Of a DNA stretch of 32,000 bases, positions 1 through 8,415 are shown piece by piece. The stretch spans positions 127,139 through 159,138 of the forward strand of contig NZ_JBEZDA010000009.1 in the NCBI RefSeq assembly GCF_040647855.1, given 5' to 3'. The notes below the pieces were generated by a model. It was not told where the DNA came from, made no database searches, and worked only from the letters and a program-made list of their open reading frames with translations. The stretch comes from Nocardia sp. NPDC049220. Lineage in GTDB: Bacteria > Actinomycetota > Actinomycetes > Mycobacteriales > Mycobacteriaceae. The translations under genes and the position numbers were made by a program. The stretch's first letter is position 1. The number at the start of each line of letters is the position of its first letter.

Positions 1-99
1 TCGGGGGTCACGCCGGACACCGGGTCGATCCGTGCCCGCAGGCACCTGATCATGAGGCGGACGCCCGAGCAGGCCCTGCCCGCCGCTACGTCGGCGTAG
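1..99 (+). CDS. 3' end of an unidentified CDS entering from upstream of the window (partial)
   Basis: Frame 1 is open from base 1 to TAG at 97-99. 30 of 32 sense codons end in G or C, the third-position bias of real genes in this genome. Too short to name. Overlaps the 3' end of the convergent helicase gene by 14 nt. Confidence 0.3.
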   Translation, partial: SGVTPDTGSIRARRHLIMRRTPEQALPAATSA

Positions 100-2218
100 C
101 CAGCGCGAACGGCAGGATCGCGTCCGCTCCGGCGGCACGCAGCGCGTGCGCGGCGACGGTGAACGTCCAACCGGTGTCGGTGCGGGTGTCCACCAGCAGG
201 ATCGGGCCCGCGACAGCGGTGAGGTCGGGGATATCCCACGAGTCGCACAATCCCGCGACGCGATGCGCGGAATTCGCCGCGGAGACCGGTGGCCGGTCCG
301 GCCGGGTCCGTAGCGTTCCGAGATCGCGCAGGCGGCCGACCTCGGCGAGCCTGGCGGCGAGGGTCGCGGTCAGTACGGGATAGCGCGGGGATTCCAACGC
401 CAGCACCGCGGTGGGGCGTGCCGCCCAATCCCATTCGCGCAGTATCGCGACGCATGCGTCGAAGACCGCGTCGGGGATCGGATCATCCGGTTTGTCGAGC
501 AGCGCCCGTAGCCGCTGTCCCCAGCCCAGGTCGCTGAGCCGGCCGAGCACGCGGCCGGTCTCGGCGCCACCGGTGATCTTGCCGGACAAGGGGATTCCGA
601 GCTTCGCCATGCCGGTCGGCCACTGCTTGCGCGGGGCGAGGTCGATGCCGGGGCGATCGAGGCGAGCCCTCGTCGCGGCGAGCGAATCGGCGGCCACGCT
701 GCGGTCGGGACGGGTGCCGGTGCAGTTGTCGCAGCGTCCACAGCCGGGCGAATCCGGCTGGTACGCGGGAAGTCCAGGGTCGTCGAGTTGACGGCGGAGG
801 AACTCCATCCGGCACTCGGAGGTCGACTGATAGTCGAGCATCGCCTGCTGTTCGCTCTCGCGGGCGACCGCGAGGCGTTCGTAGCGCTCGGTGTCGTAGG
901 TCCACGGCTGACCGGTGCGGATCCAACCACCGCGCACCCGGCGCACCGCGCCGTCCACGTCGAGTACCTTCAGCACCATCTCCAGCCGGGAGCGGTTGAG
1001 TTCCACCAGCGGCTCCAGCGCCGCGGTGGACAGTGCCCGGTCGAAATCCAGCGCGTCGAGCACCGCGTGCACGAGGTGTTCGCGCGGAAAGGCGACCGAC
1101 GCGAAGTAGCTCCAGATCCGCGTGTCCTCCGCGCCGGGCAGCAGGACCACTTCGGCGCGGTCGGTGCCGCGACCAGCGCGCCCGACCTGCTGGTAGTAAG
1201 CGATGGGGGAGGAGGGCGCGCCGACATGCACGACGAACCCGAGGTCGGGTTTGTCGAATCCCATACCCAGCGCGGAGGTCGCGATGAGCGCCTTCACTTC
1301 GTTGTTCAGCAGCGCGGCTTCCAGTGCCTCGCGTTCGGCCGGATCGGTCTGCCCGGTGTAGGCGGCGACCGTGTGGCCGTGCGAGTTCAGCACGTCGGCC
1401 AGATCGTGCGCGGCGGCGACGGTCAGTGTGTAGACGATCCCGGAGCCGGGCAACCGGTGCAGCTGGCCGCTGAGCCATGCGGTGCGTTCCACCGCGTCGT
1501 CGAATCCGACCACCGACAGATGCAGCGACTCGCGATCGAGCGTGCCGCGCAGCACCAGGGTGTCGGTGCCGATCTGGGTGGCGACGTCCGTGACCACCCG
1601 GTCGTTGGCGGTCGCCGTGGTCGCCAGCACCGGCACGTCCGAACCGAGATCGGCGATCAGGGTGCGGATGCGCCGATAGTCCGGCCGAAAATCATGGCCC
1701 CAGTCCGATACGCAGTGCGCCTCGTCGATCACGACCAGCCCGGCGTCCGCCGCGAGTCTGGGTAGCACCTGGTCACGGAAGTCCGGATTGTTCAGCCGCT
1801 CCGGGCTGACCAGCAGCACGTCGACCGCCCCCGCGGCGACCTGCGCGTGAATCTCGTCCCATTCGGTGACGTTGCCCGAGTTGATGGTCGCGGCGACCAC
1901 CCCGGCGCGTTGGGCCGCCGCTACCTGGTTGCGCATGAGCGCCAGCAGCGGCGAGACGATCACCGTCGGCCCGCGACCGGCCCGCCGCAACAACTTGGCC
2001 GCAATGAAGTAGACCGCGGACTTACCCCAGCCGGTACGCTGCACGACCAGCGCCCTGCGCCGCCGGACGACCAGCGCCTCGATAGCCGTCCACTGGTCTT
2101 CCCGCAGCCGCGCGCCGGACCCGGCCAATTCGCGCAGCAGGTGCTCCGCGCGTTCGCGTAGGTCAGGGGCGGTGAGATCGATCTCAGGGACATCGGTCGC
2201 CGTGGTCATGCGCTTCAT
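86..2218 (-). CDS. rqlH: RecQ-family ATP-dependent DNA helicase, RqlH-like (helicase core, Zn-finger Cys cluster, C-terminal PRTase/ComF-like domain)
   Basis: ORF 86..2344 trimmed to ATG at 2218 (MKRMTTATD...). Walker A TGWGKS, DEAH box VIDEAHCVSDWGHDFRPDY, and RecQ-type Cys cluster SEC...GCGRCDNC. The C-terminus reads ILLVDTRTDTGWT, like a phosphoribosyltransferase/ComF nucleotide-binding loop, in place of an HRDC domain. Confidence 0.9.
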   Translation of the reverse strand: MKRMTTATDVPEIDLTAPDLRERAEHLLRELAGSGARLREDQWTAIEALVVRRRRALVVQRTGWGKSAVYFIAAKLLRRAGRGPTVIVSPLLALMRNQVAAAQRAGVVAATINSGNVTEWDEIHAQVAAGAVDVLLVSPERLNNPDFRDQVLPRLAADAGLVVIDEAHCVSDWGHDFRPDYRRIRTLIADLGSDVPVLATTATANDRVVTDVATQIGTDTLVLRGTLDRESLHLSVVGFDDAVERTAWLSGQLHRLPGSGIVYTLTVAAAHDLADVLNSHGHTVAAYTGQTDPAEREALEAALLNNEVKALIATSALGMGFDKPDLGFVVHVGAPSSPIAYYQQVGRAGRGTDRAEVVLLPGAEDTRIWSYFASVAFPREHLVHAVLDALDFDRALSTAALEPLVELNRSRLEMVLKVLDVDGAVRRVRGGWIRTGQPWTYDTERYERLAVARESEQQAMLDYQSTSECRMEFLRRQLDDPGLPAYQPDSPGCGRCDNCTGTRPDRSVAADSLAATRARLDRPGIDLAPRKQWPTGMAKLGIPLSGKITGGAETGRVLGRLSDLGWGQRLRALLDKPDDPIPDAVFDACVAILREWDWAARPTAVLALESPRYPVLTATLAARLAEVGRLRDLGTLRTRPDRPPVSAANSAHRVAGLCDSWDIPDLTAVAGPILLVDTRTDTGWTFTVAAHALRAAGADAILPFALATPT

Positions 2219-2411
2219 CGTGCCCGACGCTACCGACACCGCCGACGGAACCGACGCGGAGGCAGCGTGCCACGACCGTGCACCGTCACGGTGGCGCACC
2301 TCGCCGAGCTCGCGGGCCAGCCTTCGACCAGGGTGCAACGCCACGGCGACGGTGCCGCCGCGGGCACGAAACGGTATCCGCCTGCGCGCCGGTCACCACG
2401 GCTCGCTGTGT

Positions 2412-2444
2412 GTGAACCCATACGCCGCGAACCGTTGGGTTCAC
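2412..2444. repeat. perfect 9-bp inverted repeat GTGAACCCA-N15-TGGGTTCAC between the hydrolase stop and the helicase start
   Basis: Read directly: GTGAACCCA at 2412-2420 and TGGGTTCAC at 2436-2444. Could be a terminator stem for the upstream minus-strand gene or an operator for rqlH. Confidence 0.6.
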
Positions 2445-2511
2445 GTCGTCGTATCTCCGGCGCGAGAGGAACCTGGTGGGCCTCACTCGCCTGCCTCAGC
2501 GACAGCGAAGG

Positions 2512-3441
2512 TCAATCGGACCTGGTCGCCGCGGCCAATTCGACCAATCGGGCGCGGACCAGATCGGGCCGCTCCTCGGCGATGAAGTGGCCGCAGTTCG
2601 CCACGAGCTCCAGGCGGTAGTCGTCGGCTCGTGCTGTCTCCTCGGCGGCGAGCGACGGGTGGATCGCCGCATCCTCGACGCCGAACAGGGCGCGGATCGG
2701 AACGGTCGCGTGGCGTCGTTCGCCGTGTCCCGCGGCCCGGGGCACTTCGTGCAGCAGAAAGGTGCGGTAAGTGTCGGTCGCGGTTCGCGCGCAGTCCGGA
2801 TCGCGGAAGCGGTCGGCGTAACTCCGAACTACCTCGGGGCCGAACTCGTCGCGATTGCGCACTCCCTTGGAGAAGATCAGATGTTCGAGGAACCGCGTGC
2901 GCTGATGCAAGTACTTGCCGAACGCCGCGACCGGCGGTTGATAGACCAGGAACCGCCATGCGTGTGGGAGGAAACCGCGCGGCGTCTGCCACGGATGGGC
3001 GATGTTCAGCGCGAGCAGCGCGTCGAACCGCTCCGGCGCCCGCAGCACGAGCAGGTGGCTGATGTAGCCGCCCCAGTCGTGTCCGACCAACAGGACGCGA
3101 TCGAGGCCGAGCGCGTCGAGCAGGGCTACTACGTCCGATGCGACGTCTTCCTTCGTCCATCGGTGCGGAGCGGGACCCGACCAGCCGTATCCCGGCAGGT
3201 CCGGTGCGATGATCCGCAGTCCGTCCGGCGGATCCGCGAGCAGGTGGCGGTAGGCGTAGTGATGCTGTGGCCAGCCGTGCAGTGCGAGCACCGGACGCCC
3301 GTCGACGGGCCCCGCCTCGGTGACGTGGAAACGGACGCCTCGCGCGGTGACGAACGATCGCCGCACGCCGCTGATATGCGGCGGACCGGCTTCCGGGTCC
3401 GAATCCGCCGGGGGCGAGAAGAACGACGGCCGCCAGGGCAT
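2512..3441 (-). CDS. alpha/beta-fold hydrolase (epoxide hydrolase / haloalkane dehalogenase-like)
   Basis: ORF 2512..3510. HGWPQ oxyanion-hole motif and GHDWGG nucleophile elbow with an Asp nucleophile. Start is ambiguous: the ORF's first Met at 3510, or ATG at 3441 (MPWRPSFF...), which gives a more typical N-terminal length. Confidence 0.85.
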   Translation of the reverse strand: MPWRPSFFSPPADSDPEAGPPHISGVRRSFVTARGVRFHVTEAGPVDGRPVLALHGWPQHHYAYRHLLADPPDGLRIIAPDLPGYGWSGPAPHRWTKEDVASDVVALLDALGLDRVLLVGHDWGGYISHLLVLRAPERFDALLALNIAHPWQTPRGFLPHAWRFLVYQPPVAAFGKYLHQRTRFLEHLIFSKGVRNRDEFGPEVVRSYADRFRDPDCARTATDTYRTFLLHEVPRAAGHGERRHATVPIRALFGVEDAAIHPSLAAEETARADDYRLELVANCGHFIAEERPDLVRARLVELAAATRSD

Positions 3442-3595
3442 AGTCGGATGGTATCGGGTCGATCGACGGTTTCGCGCGTCATCGGAAGGGCTGGTGATAG
3501 CGGCCGGCATCGCGGCTATTCAACGCAGGCGCTGAACACCTGCCGATCTCGCACCAGGCGAGTACCGCTCACCCGGCGCGAGATCTCGCGCGTAT

Positions 3596-4819
3596 TCATC
3601 CTTTCACGCACAGCACCTGGCGCAGCGTCGCCACGACATCGACCAGATCGCGCTGCGCGGCGATCACCTCATCGATGTCTTTGTAGGCCGCGGGGATCTC
3701 GTCCACGACGCCCGCGTCCTTGCGTGACTCGACGCCCTCGGTCTGGGCGATGAGATCGGCGACGGTGAACTGCTTCTTGGCCGCGTTGCGACTCATCCGC
3801 CGCCCCGCACCGTGCGAGGCCGACTGGAACGAGGCCGGATTACCCTTGCCGCGCACCACATACGAGCGGGTGCCCATGGAGCCGGGGATCAACGCCAGAT
3901 CACCGTCGCCCGCGCGCACGGCGCCCTTGCGGGTCACCAGCATCGGTATGCCGTCGACCAGTTCCTCCGCCACATAGTTGTGATGACACGAAATCGGCTG
4001 TTCGAAACGCACCTTGCGCTCGGCGAATTCGTCGCGCACCGCGCGACACACCAGGGCGAGCATCACCGCGCGGTTACGCGCGGCGTACTCCTGCGCCCAG
4101 CCGAGGTCGCGCCGATACGCCACCATCTCCGGCGTTCCGGTGACGAAAACCGCCAGATCGCGGTCCGGCAGATCGACGTTGTGCGGGAGCGTTCGCGCGA
4201 TCGCCATGTGCCGCTCGGCGAGTTCCTTGCCGATGTTGCGGCTGCCGGAGTGCAACAGGATCCACACCCGGTCGTCCTGATCGAGGCAGACCTCGATGAA
4301 GTGGTTTCCGCCGCCTAGCGTGCCCATCTGCTTGTGCGCCTTGGACTCTCGTGCCTGTACGCGGTCGTCGAGTGCGGCGAACGAACCCCAGAACCGATCC
4401 CAGCCGGCGCGCAGCGTCGCGGTGCTCGCGCCGAGCGCGGCCACCTCGGCGCCGAGCTTCGGCACACTGACGGCGTCCCGGTGTGCATGGAAGCCGACCG
4501 GCACCGCCGCCTCGATCCGGGACCGCAGCGAATGCAGGTTGTCCGGCAGGTCGGCGGCGGTGAGATCGGTGCGCACGCTCTCCATGCCGCACCCGATATC
4601 GACGCCGACCGCGGCGGGTGACACCGCGTCCTTCATCGCGATCACCGAACCCACCGTGGCGCCCTTGCCGAGGTGTACATCCGGCATCACCCGGACGCCG
4701 TGGACCCACTTCAGCGCGGCGATGTTGCGCAGCTGTTGGAGCGCTGCCTGGCCGACGTCGTCCTCGTCGGCCCACATCAGTGTCTGCGCCCTGGTGCCGC
4801 GCAGCTCGACGGGGAACAT
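3596..4819 (-). CDS. rtcB: RtcB-family RNA ligase (3'-phosphate/5'-hydroxyl)
   Basis: ORF 3596..4879. RtcB signature blocks MPDVHLGKG, GGGNHFIE, HSGSRNIG and SASHGAGR. ATG at 4819 (MFPVELRG) is preceded by GAGAGGA 8 nt upstream. Alternative starts at 4861 and 4879. Confidence 0.9.
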   Translation of the reverse strand: MFPVELRGTRAQTLMWADEDDVGQAALQQLRNIAALKWVHGVRVMPDVHLGKGATVGSVIAMKDAVSPAAVGVDIGCGMESVRTDLTAADLPDNLHSLRSRIEAAVPVGFHAHRDAVSVPKLGAEVAALGASTATLRAGWDRFWGSFAALDDRVQARESKAHKQMGTLGGGNHFIEVCLDQDDRVWILLHSGSRNIGKELAERHMAIARTLPHNVDLPDRDLAVFVTGTPEMVAYRRDLGWAQEYAARNRAVMLALVCRAVRDEFAERKVRFEQPISCHHNYVAEELVDGIPMLVTRKGAVRAGDGDLALIPGSMGTRSYVVRGKGNPASFQSASHGAGRRMSRNAAKKQFTVADLIAQTEGVESRKDAGVVDEIPAAYKDIDEVIAAQRDLVDVVATLRQVLCVKG

Positions 4820-4909
4820 GGTCTCGATCCTCTCGTTGCCTTCGTGATCAACGGTAGGCATCGAAGGCACGCACCGCACCCGAATATCGAGCGGCCGGAA
4901 ACCGCTGCC

Positions 4910-5992
4910 TCAGTCGGCGTTGGGCGGGTCGAGCGCCGCGCGGTAGGCACGCTCGGCGTTCCCGTGTGCGACCGCGAGAACCAGGCGTTCGGCGTCGGCG
5001 GTGGTGATCGCGTCGTCGGCGATCCACTCGTCGACCAACGCGCCGAGCCCGCGCCGCCAGAGCAGGGCGCCGAGGTAGTGCAGTTCCGGCAGTCCGTAGC
5101 CGTCCGAGGAGTAGCACAGCGCGCGGAACGGGGCGAGTTCCAGCGTCTCGGCGAGCACGGCGCCGGCACGATGTCCCACGTACGGGATGGTGAGGCCGAG
5201 ATCGAGGTGGACGTGCTCGAAGGCGTGCGCGAGGTAGGCGGCATGACGGTGGTAGGGCCAGCAGTGCAGCAGCTGCACCGAGAGCCCGGTGCCGGCGGTC
5301 CTGCGCAGAAAGTCGGTGAGCAGCAACGGGTCGGACCGGTGCAGTCGAAGATCCGGGTCGCCGAATCCGGTGTGGAATTGCAACGGGAGGCCGAGTTCGG
5401 CGCCGATGCGCGCGGCGAGACCGATCAGCCAGCCGAGCAGGTGCGGATCGGTGAGTCTGCGTTCGGGCGCGAAGCTCGTCGGCGGCCGATCGCGCAGCGG
5501 AAAGTCGAGACCGCACCGGTAGGCCACGATCGTCTTCAACCCCACGGCGTTGCGTGCCCGCGCCCACAGCTCCGCTTCGATCCGGTCGTAGACGCCCGAT
5601 ACCGGGCCGATTTGGGCAACGACTTGTTCGGCCACGTCTTCCACACGCACGATCTCGCGGACCGTACCGTTCACCAGCCGGGCGAAATTTTCGGTGCCAC
5701 CGCCGATACCGGTATCCAGGAACCAGCGGGTGACGCCGGTCGCGCGCAGCAGCCGTGCGGCGACCTCGGGTCCGCCCAGTCCGGCGCGGTGTCGCAAGTA
5801 CACATCCGCGCCGACATGCGCGGGCAGGTCGAGGGCGGGCGCGCACCAGCGACGCACCGCGAGCCCGATCGCGGAATCGAAACTGCCTCGGGCGCCTTCG
5901 CCGAGCAGTCGTTCGAAACGGGGCCGATCCAGGGTGTCGGTGACCACACCGTGGCAGTGCTGGTCGGTGAGCTGAACACCGTCGGTGAGCAC
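4910..5992 (-). CDS. amidohydrolase-family metal-dependent hydrolase
   Basis: 360-aa ORF with an N-terminal DQHCHGV (HxH-type metal ligand motif) and strong G/C third-position bias. The GTG start at 5992 lies 1 nt after the stop (5994) of the upstream GS-like gene, indicating co-translation. Confidence 0.75.
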   Translation of the reverse strand: MLTDGVQLTDQHCHGVVTDTLDRPRFERLLGEGARGSFDSAIGLAVRRWCAPALDLPAHVGADVYLRHRAGLGGPEVAARLLRATGVTRWFLDTGIGGGTENFARLVNGTVREIVRVEDVAEQVVAQIGPVSGVYDRIEAELWARARNAVGLKTIVAYRCGLDFPLRDRPPTSFAPERRLTDPHLLGWLIGLAARIGAELGLPLQFHTGFGDPDLRLHRSDPLLLTDFLRRTAGTGLSVQLLHCWPYHRHAAYLAHAFEHVHLDLGLTIPYVGHRAGAVLAETLELAPFRALCYSSDGYGLPELHYLGALLWRRGLGALVDEWIADDAITTADAERLVLAVAHGNAERAYRAALDPPNAD

Positions 5993-5993
5993 G

Positions 5994-7367
5994 CTAGAAC
6001 CGCCAACGAGTCAGGGCGACGAGCTCGTCGGCGCTCGCGGCGCCGTAGCGCTCGGCCTCGGCGCGGCGCACGGTGCGCAGCGCATCGTGTAATTGCACGC
6101 CCATGGCGGTGGCGAGCACCCCCGATTCGTCGAGTCGGTCGGCGGCTTCGGTCGGGGTGGTCGGCAATCGGCGCACACCCGACATCATGCGGGCTTCCGC
6201 ATCGAAAGTCACGGGATCCCCGGTGATTTCGGCGGGCAGACGAAGTTCGTCGGCGATGCCGGACAGTCCGGCCGCGACCACCGAACCGATGATCAGGTAC
6301 GGATTTCCGGTCGCATCGAAACACTTGATCTCGGCATTGGCCGCCCACTGCTCTGTTCCGCGCACACCGGTGATGAAACGTAGCGCCGCCTCCCTGGTCT
6401 CGCGGCCCCAGCACTGCCACACGCCCGCCCAGCGCGAGGGCACCAGCCGCAGGAAGCTCGCCGGATTGCCCGCGCCGACCGCGACCAGCGCCGGCAGTTC
6501 CCGCAACACTCCAGCCAGAAAAGCCTCGCCGGCCCGCCGCATGCCGTACCGCCGGTCGCCACCGGAGAACAGCGGGCCCTCATTGTCGTGTACCGACAGG
6601 TGCAGGTGCGCGCCGGAACCGGAGCCGCTCGGCTCGAGGCACGGCGCCAGCGACGCGCGCCACCCATACCGCGCGCTCACCTGGCGGATCGTGTGCCGGA
6701 CCAGCACCGCTTCGTCCGCGGCGGTGACCGGATCGGACGGCTCGATCGACAGTTCCAGCTGGGCGAGTGCGTATTCAGGGTGGAACTGGTCGACTGTGAT
6801 GCCTTGCTCGGTCAGCGCCGCGACCAGGTCTTTGCCGTAATCGGCGACCTGGCCGAGCCGGATCATGCCATAGGCGGGGCCGTACACGGCCGGCGTGAAG
6901 TCGTCCGTGTCGTCCTCCCGGCCGACCGACCATTCGGTCTCGAAGGACATCGACAACCGCAGCCCGATCGCGCGCGCCGCCTCGGCTTGACGCGCCGCGA
7001 AATGGCGCTGGCAGGCGACGAAGTGGGTGCCGTCCTGGGTGAACTTGTCGGCGGGCGCCCACGCCCAGCCCGGTTGACAGGCCAGCTCGGTCAGCATCGA
7101 TAGATCCGGGACGAGCCGCAGATCGCCGTCGGGACCGCCGAGGTATCGCCCGACTGTCATCAGGTCGTCGAAGGCGAAGGTCTCGAAGCACGGGGACACA
7201 CCGACTCCGAATCGGGCCGCATGCGTGAGCCGCTGCGCGGGCACCGCCTTCACCCGGGCGATACCCGCGTTGTCGACGAAACTCAGCGCGACCATGGACG
7301 CGGTCAACCCGCCGAGCGCCGTGTCGGCGTCGCCGTCGACGGGAATGCGATCCGGCGTCGGGGCCAT
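5994..7367 (-). CDS. glutamine synthetase family protein (GlnA-like gamma-glutamyl ligase)
   Basis: ORF 5994..7517 trimmed to ATG 7367 (MAPTPDRIP), because the ribokinase stop is at 7406. GS catalytic-domain blocks FETEWSV, HPEYALAQLE and GSGSGAHLHLSV. Confidence 0.85.
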   Translation of the reverse strand: MAPTPDRIPVDGDADTALGGLTASMVALSFVDNAGIARVKAVPAQRLTHAARFGVGVSPCFETFAFDDLMTVGRYLGGPDGDLRLVPDLSMLTELACQPGWAWAPADKFTQDGTHFVACQRHFAARQAEAARAIGLRLSMSFETEWSVGREDDTDDFTPAVYGPAYGMIRLGQVADYGKDLVAALTEQGITVDQFHPEYALAQLELSIEPSDPVTAADEAVLVRHTIRQVSARYGWRASLAPCLEPSGSGSGAHLHLSVHDNEGPLFSGGDRRYGMRRAGEAFLAGVLRELPALVAVGAGNPASFLRLVPSRWAGVWQCWGRETREAALRFITGVRGTEQWAANAEIKCFDATGNPYLIIGSVVAAGLSGIADELRLPAEITGDPVTFDAEARMMSGVRRLPTTPTEAADRLDESGVLATAMGVQLHDALRTVRRAEAERYGAASADELVALTRWRF

Positions 7368-7405
7368 GCGCACCACGATAAGCGCGACGAGTGCGCCGCG
7401 GGTCG

Positions 7406-8284
7406 TTACTCGGCGGCCACCGCGGCGGCGATCTCCGCTTCGGTCGGGATGGCGCTGCTCGCGCCGAGCTTGGTCGTCGCGAGGGCGCCGGCCGCGCAGG
7501 CCCAGTTCAGCGCCCATTCCGGCCCACGGTGCCAGGTGGCGGCGAGTGCACCGGTGAAGGCGTCGCCCGCGCCGGTGGTGTCGCGGACCGTCACCTTCGG
7601 GCTGTGCTGGGATCGGAGCGTGCCGTCGGGCCCGCGATAGGTGGCGCCGGCCGCGCCGCGGGTGACGACCACGTGCGGCACCAGGGTGAGGTCGGGGCGA
7701 AGCTGGTCGTATTCACCCGAATTGAGCACGGCCACATCGACATTCGCCGAAAGGTCGGCCGGAAGCCGGCGGGCCGGCGAGGGGTTCAGCACGACCGTCG
7801 TCCGGTTCGCGCGAGCGTGACCCGCGGCGGCGGTCACCGTGTCGATCGGGAGCTCCAACTGGCACAGCAGGATGTCGGCAGCCGCTATCGCCGCCAGGTC
7901 GTCGTCGTCGAGTTCGGTCATCCGCGCGTTCGCGCCGCCGACCACGATGATGCTGTTCTCACCAGCGCGGTCGACGATGATCGTGGCAACGCCGCTCGGC
8001 CCGGGGACGGTGCGCAACCGATCGACCGCCACCGCGGAATCCGTCAGCGCACGGCGGAGTTCGGTGGCGCACACGTCGTCGCCGACGGCCCCGAGGAACC
8101 GCACCGTCGCACCGGCGCGCTGCGCGGCGATGGCTTGGTTGGCGCCCTTCCCTCCCGGCACCATCACGAATTCCATGCCCACAACCGTCTCACCGGGGAC
8201 GGGCCGCCGCGCGGTAGTCGTCACCAGGTCCATGTTGATACTGCCGAGCACCACGATCATCGGTGCGCCCGTTTCGGCCGTCAT
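7406..8284 (-). CDS. rbsK: ribokinase (PfkB family)
   Basis: N-terminal VVLGSINMDL, GGKGANQA, and the C-terminal anion-hole motif DTTGAGDAF. The start could also be the internal ATG at 8260. Confidence 0.85.
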   Translation of the reverse strand: MTAETGAPMIVVLGSINMDLVTTTARRPVPGETVVGMEFVMVPGGKGANQAIAAQRAGATVRFLGAVGDDVCATELRRALTDSAVAVDRLRTVPGPSGVATIIVDRAGENSIIVVGGANARMTELDDDDLAAIAAADILLCQLELPIDTVTAAAGHARANRTTVVLNPSPARRLPADLSANVDVAVLNSGEYDQLRPDLTLVPHVVVTRGAAGATYRGPDGTLRSQHSPKVTVRDTTGAGDAFTGALAATWHRGPEWALNWACAAGALATTKLGASSAIPTEAEIAAAVAAE

Positions 8285-8415
8285 AGTGCCGGACGCTAGT
8301 CGCAGACCGCGCGTCTCGCACGCACCATCGTCCTCGCGTCGTCAGCGCCTTCGGCGCGGTCTAGGCTGCCCAGCGGGTGAAATCGGTGCCGAACCCGGTG
8401 CGTAGGCTGATACGC

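Noticed and set aside
2429-2442. GAAC-N6-GTTC resembling a LexA/Cheo SOS box upstream of the helicase
   Set aside because: Gram-positive and mycobacterial SOS boxes have GAAC-N4-GTTC spacing. This one has a 6-nt spacer and is better explained as part of the 9-bp inverted repeat.
4673-6226. 517-aa plus-strand ORF spanning the rtcB start, the amidohydrolase gene and the GS-like gene's 3' end
   Set aside because: It is a shadow ORF, antisense to well-supported minus-strand genes. The product is Arg/Gly/Pro/Val-rich with no motifs. This is the typical stop-codon-poor antisense frame of a high-GC genome.
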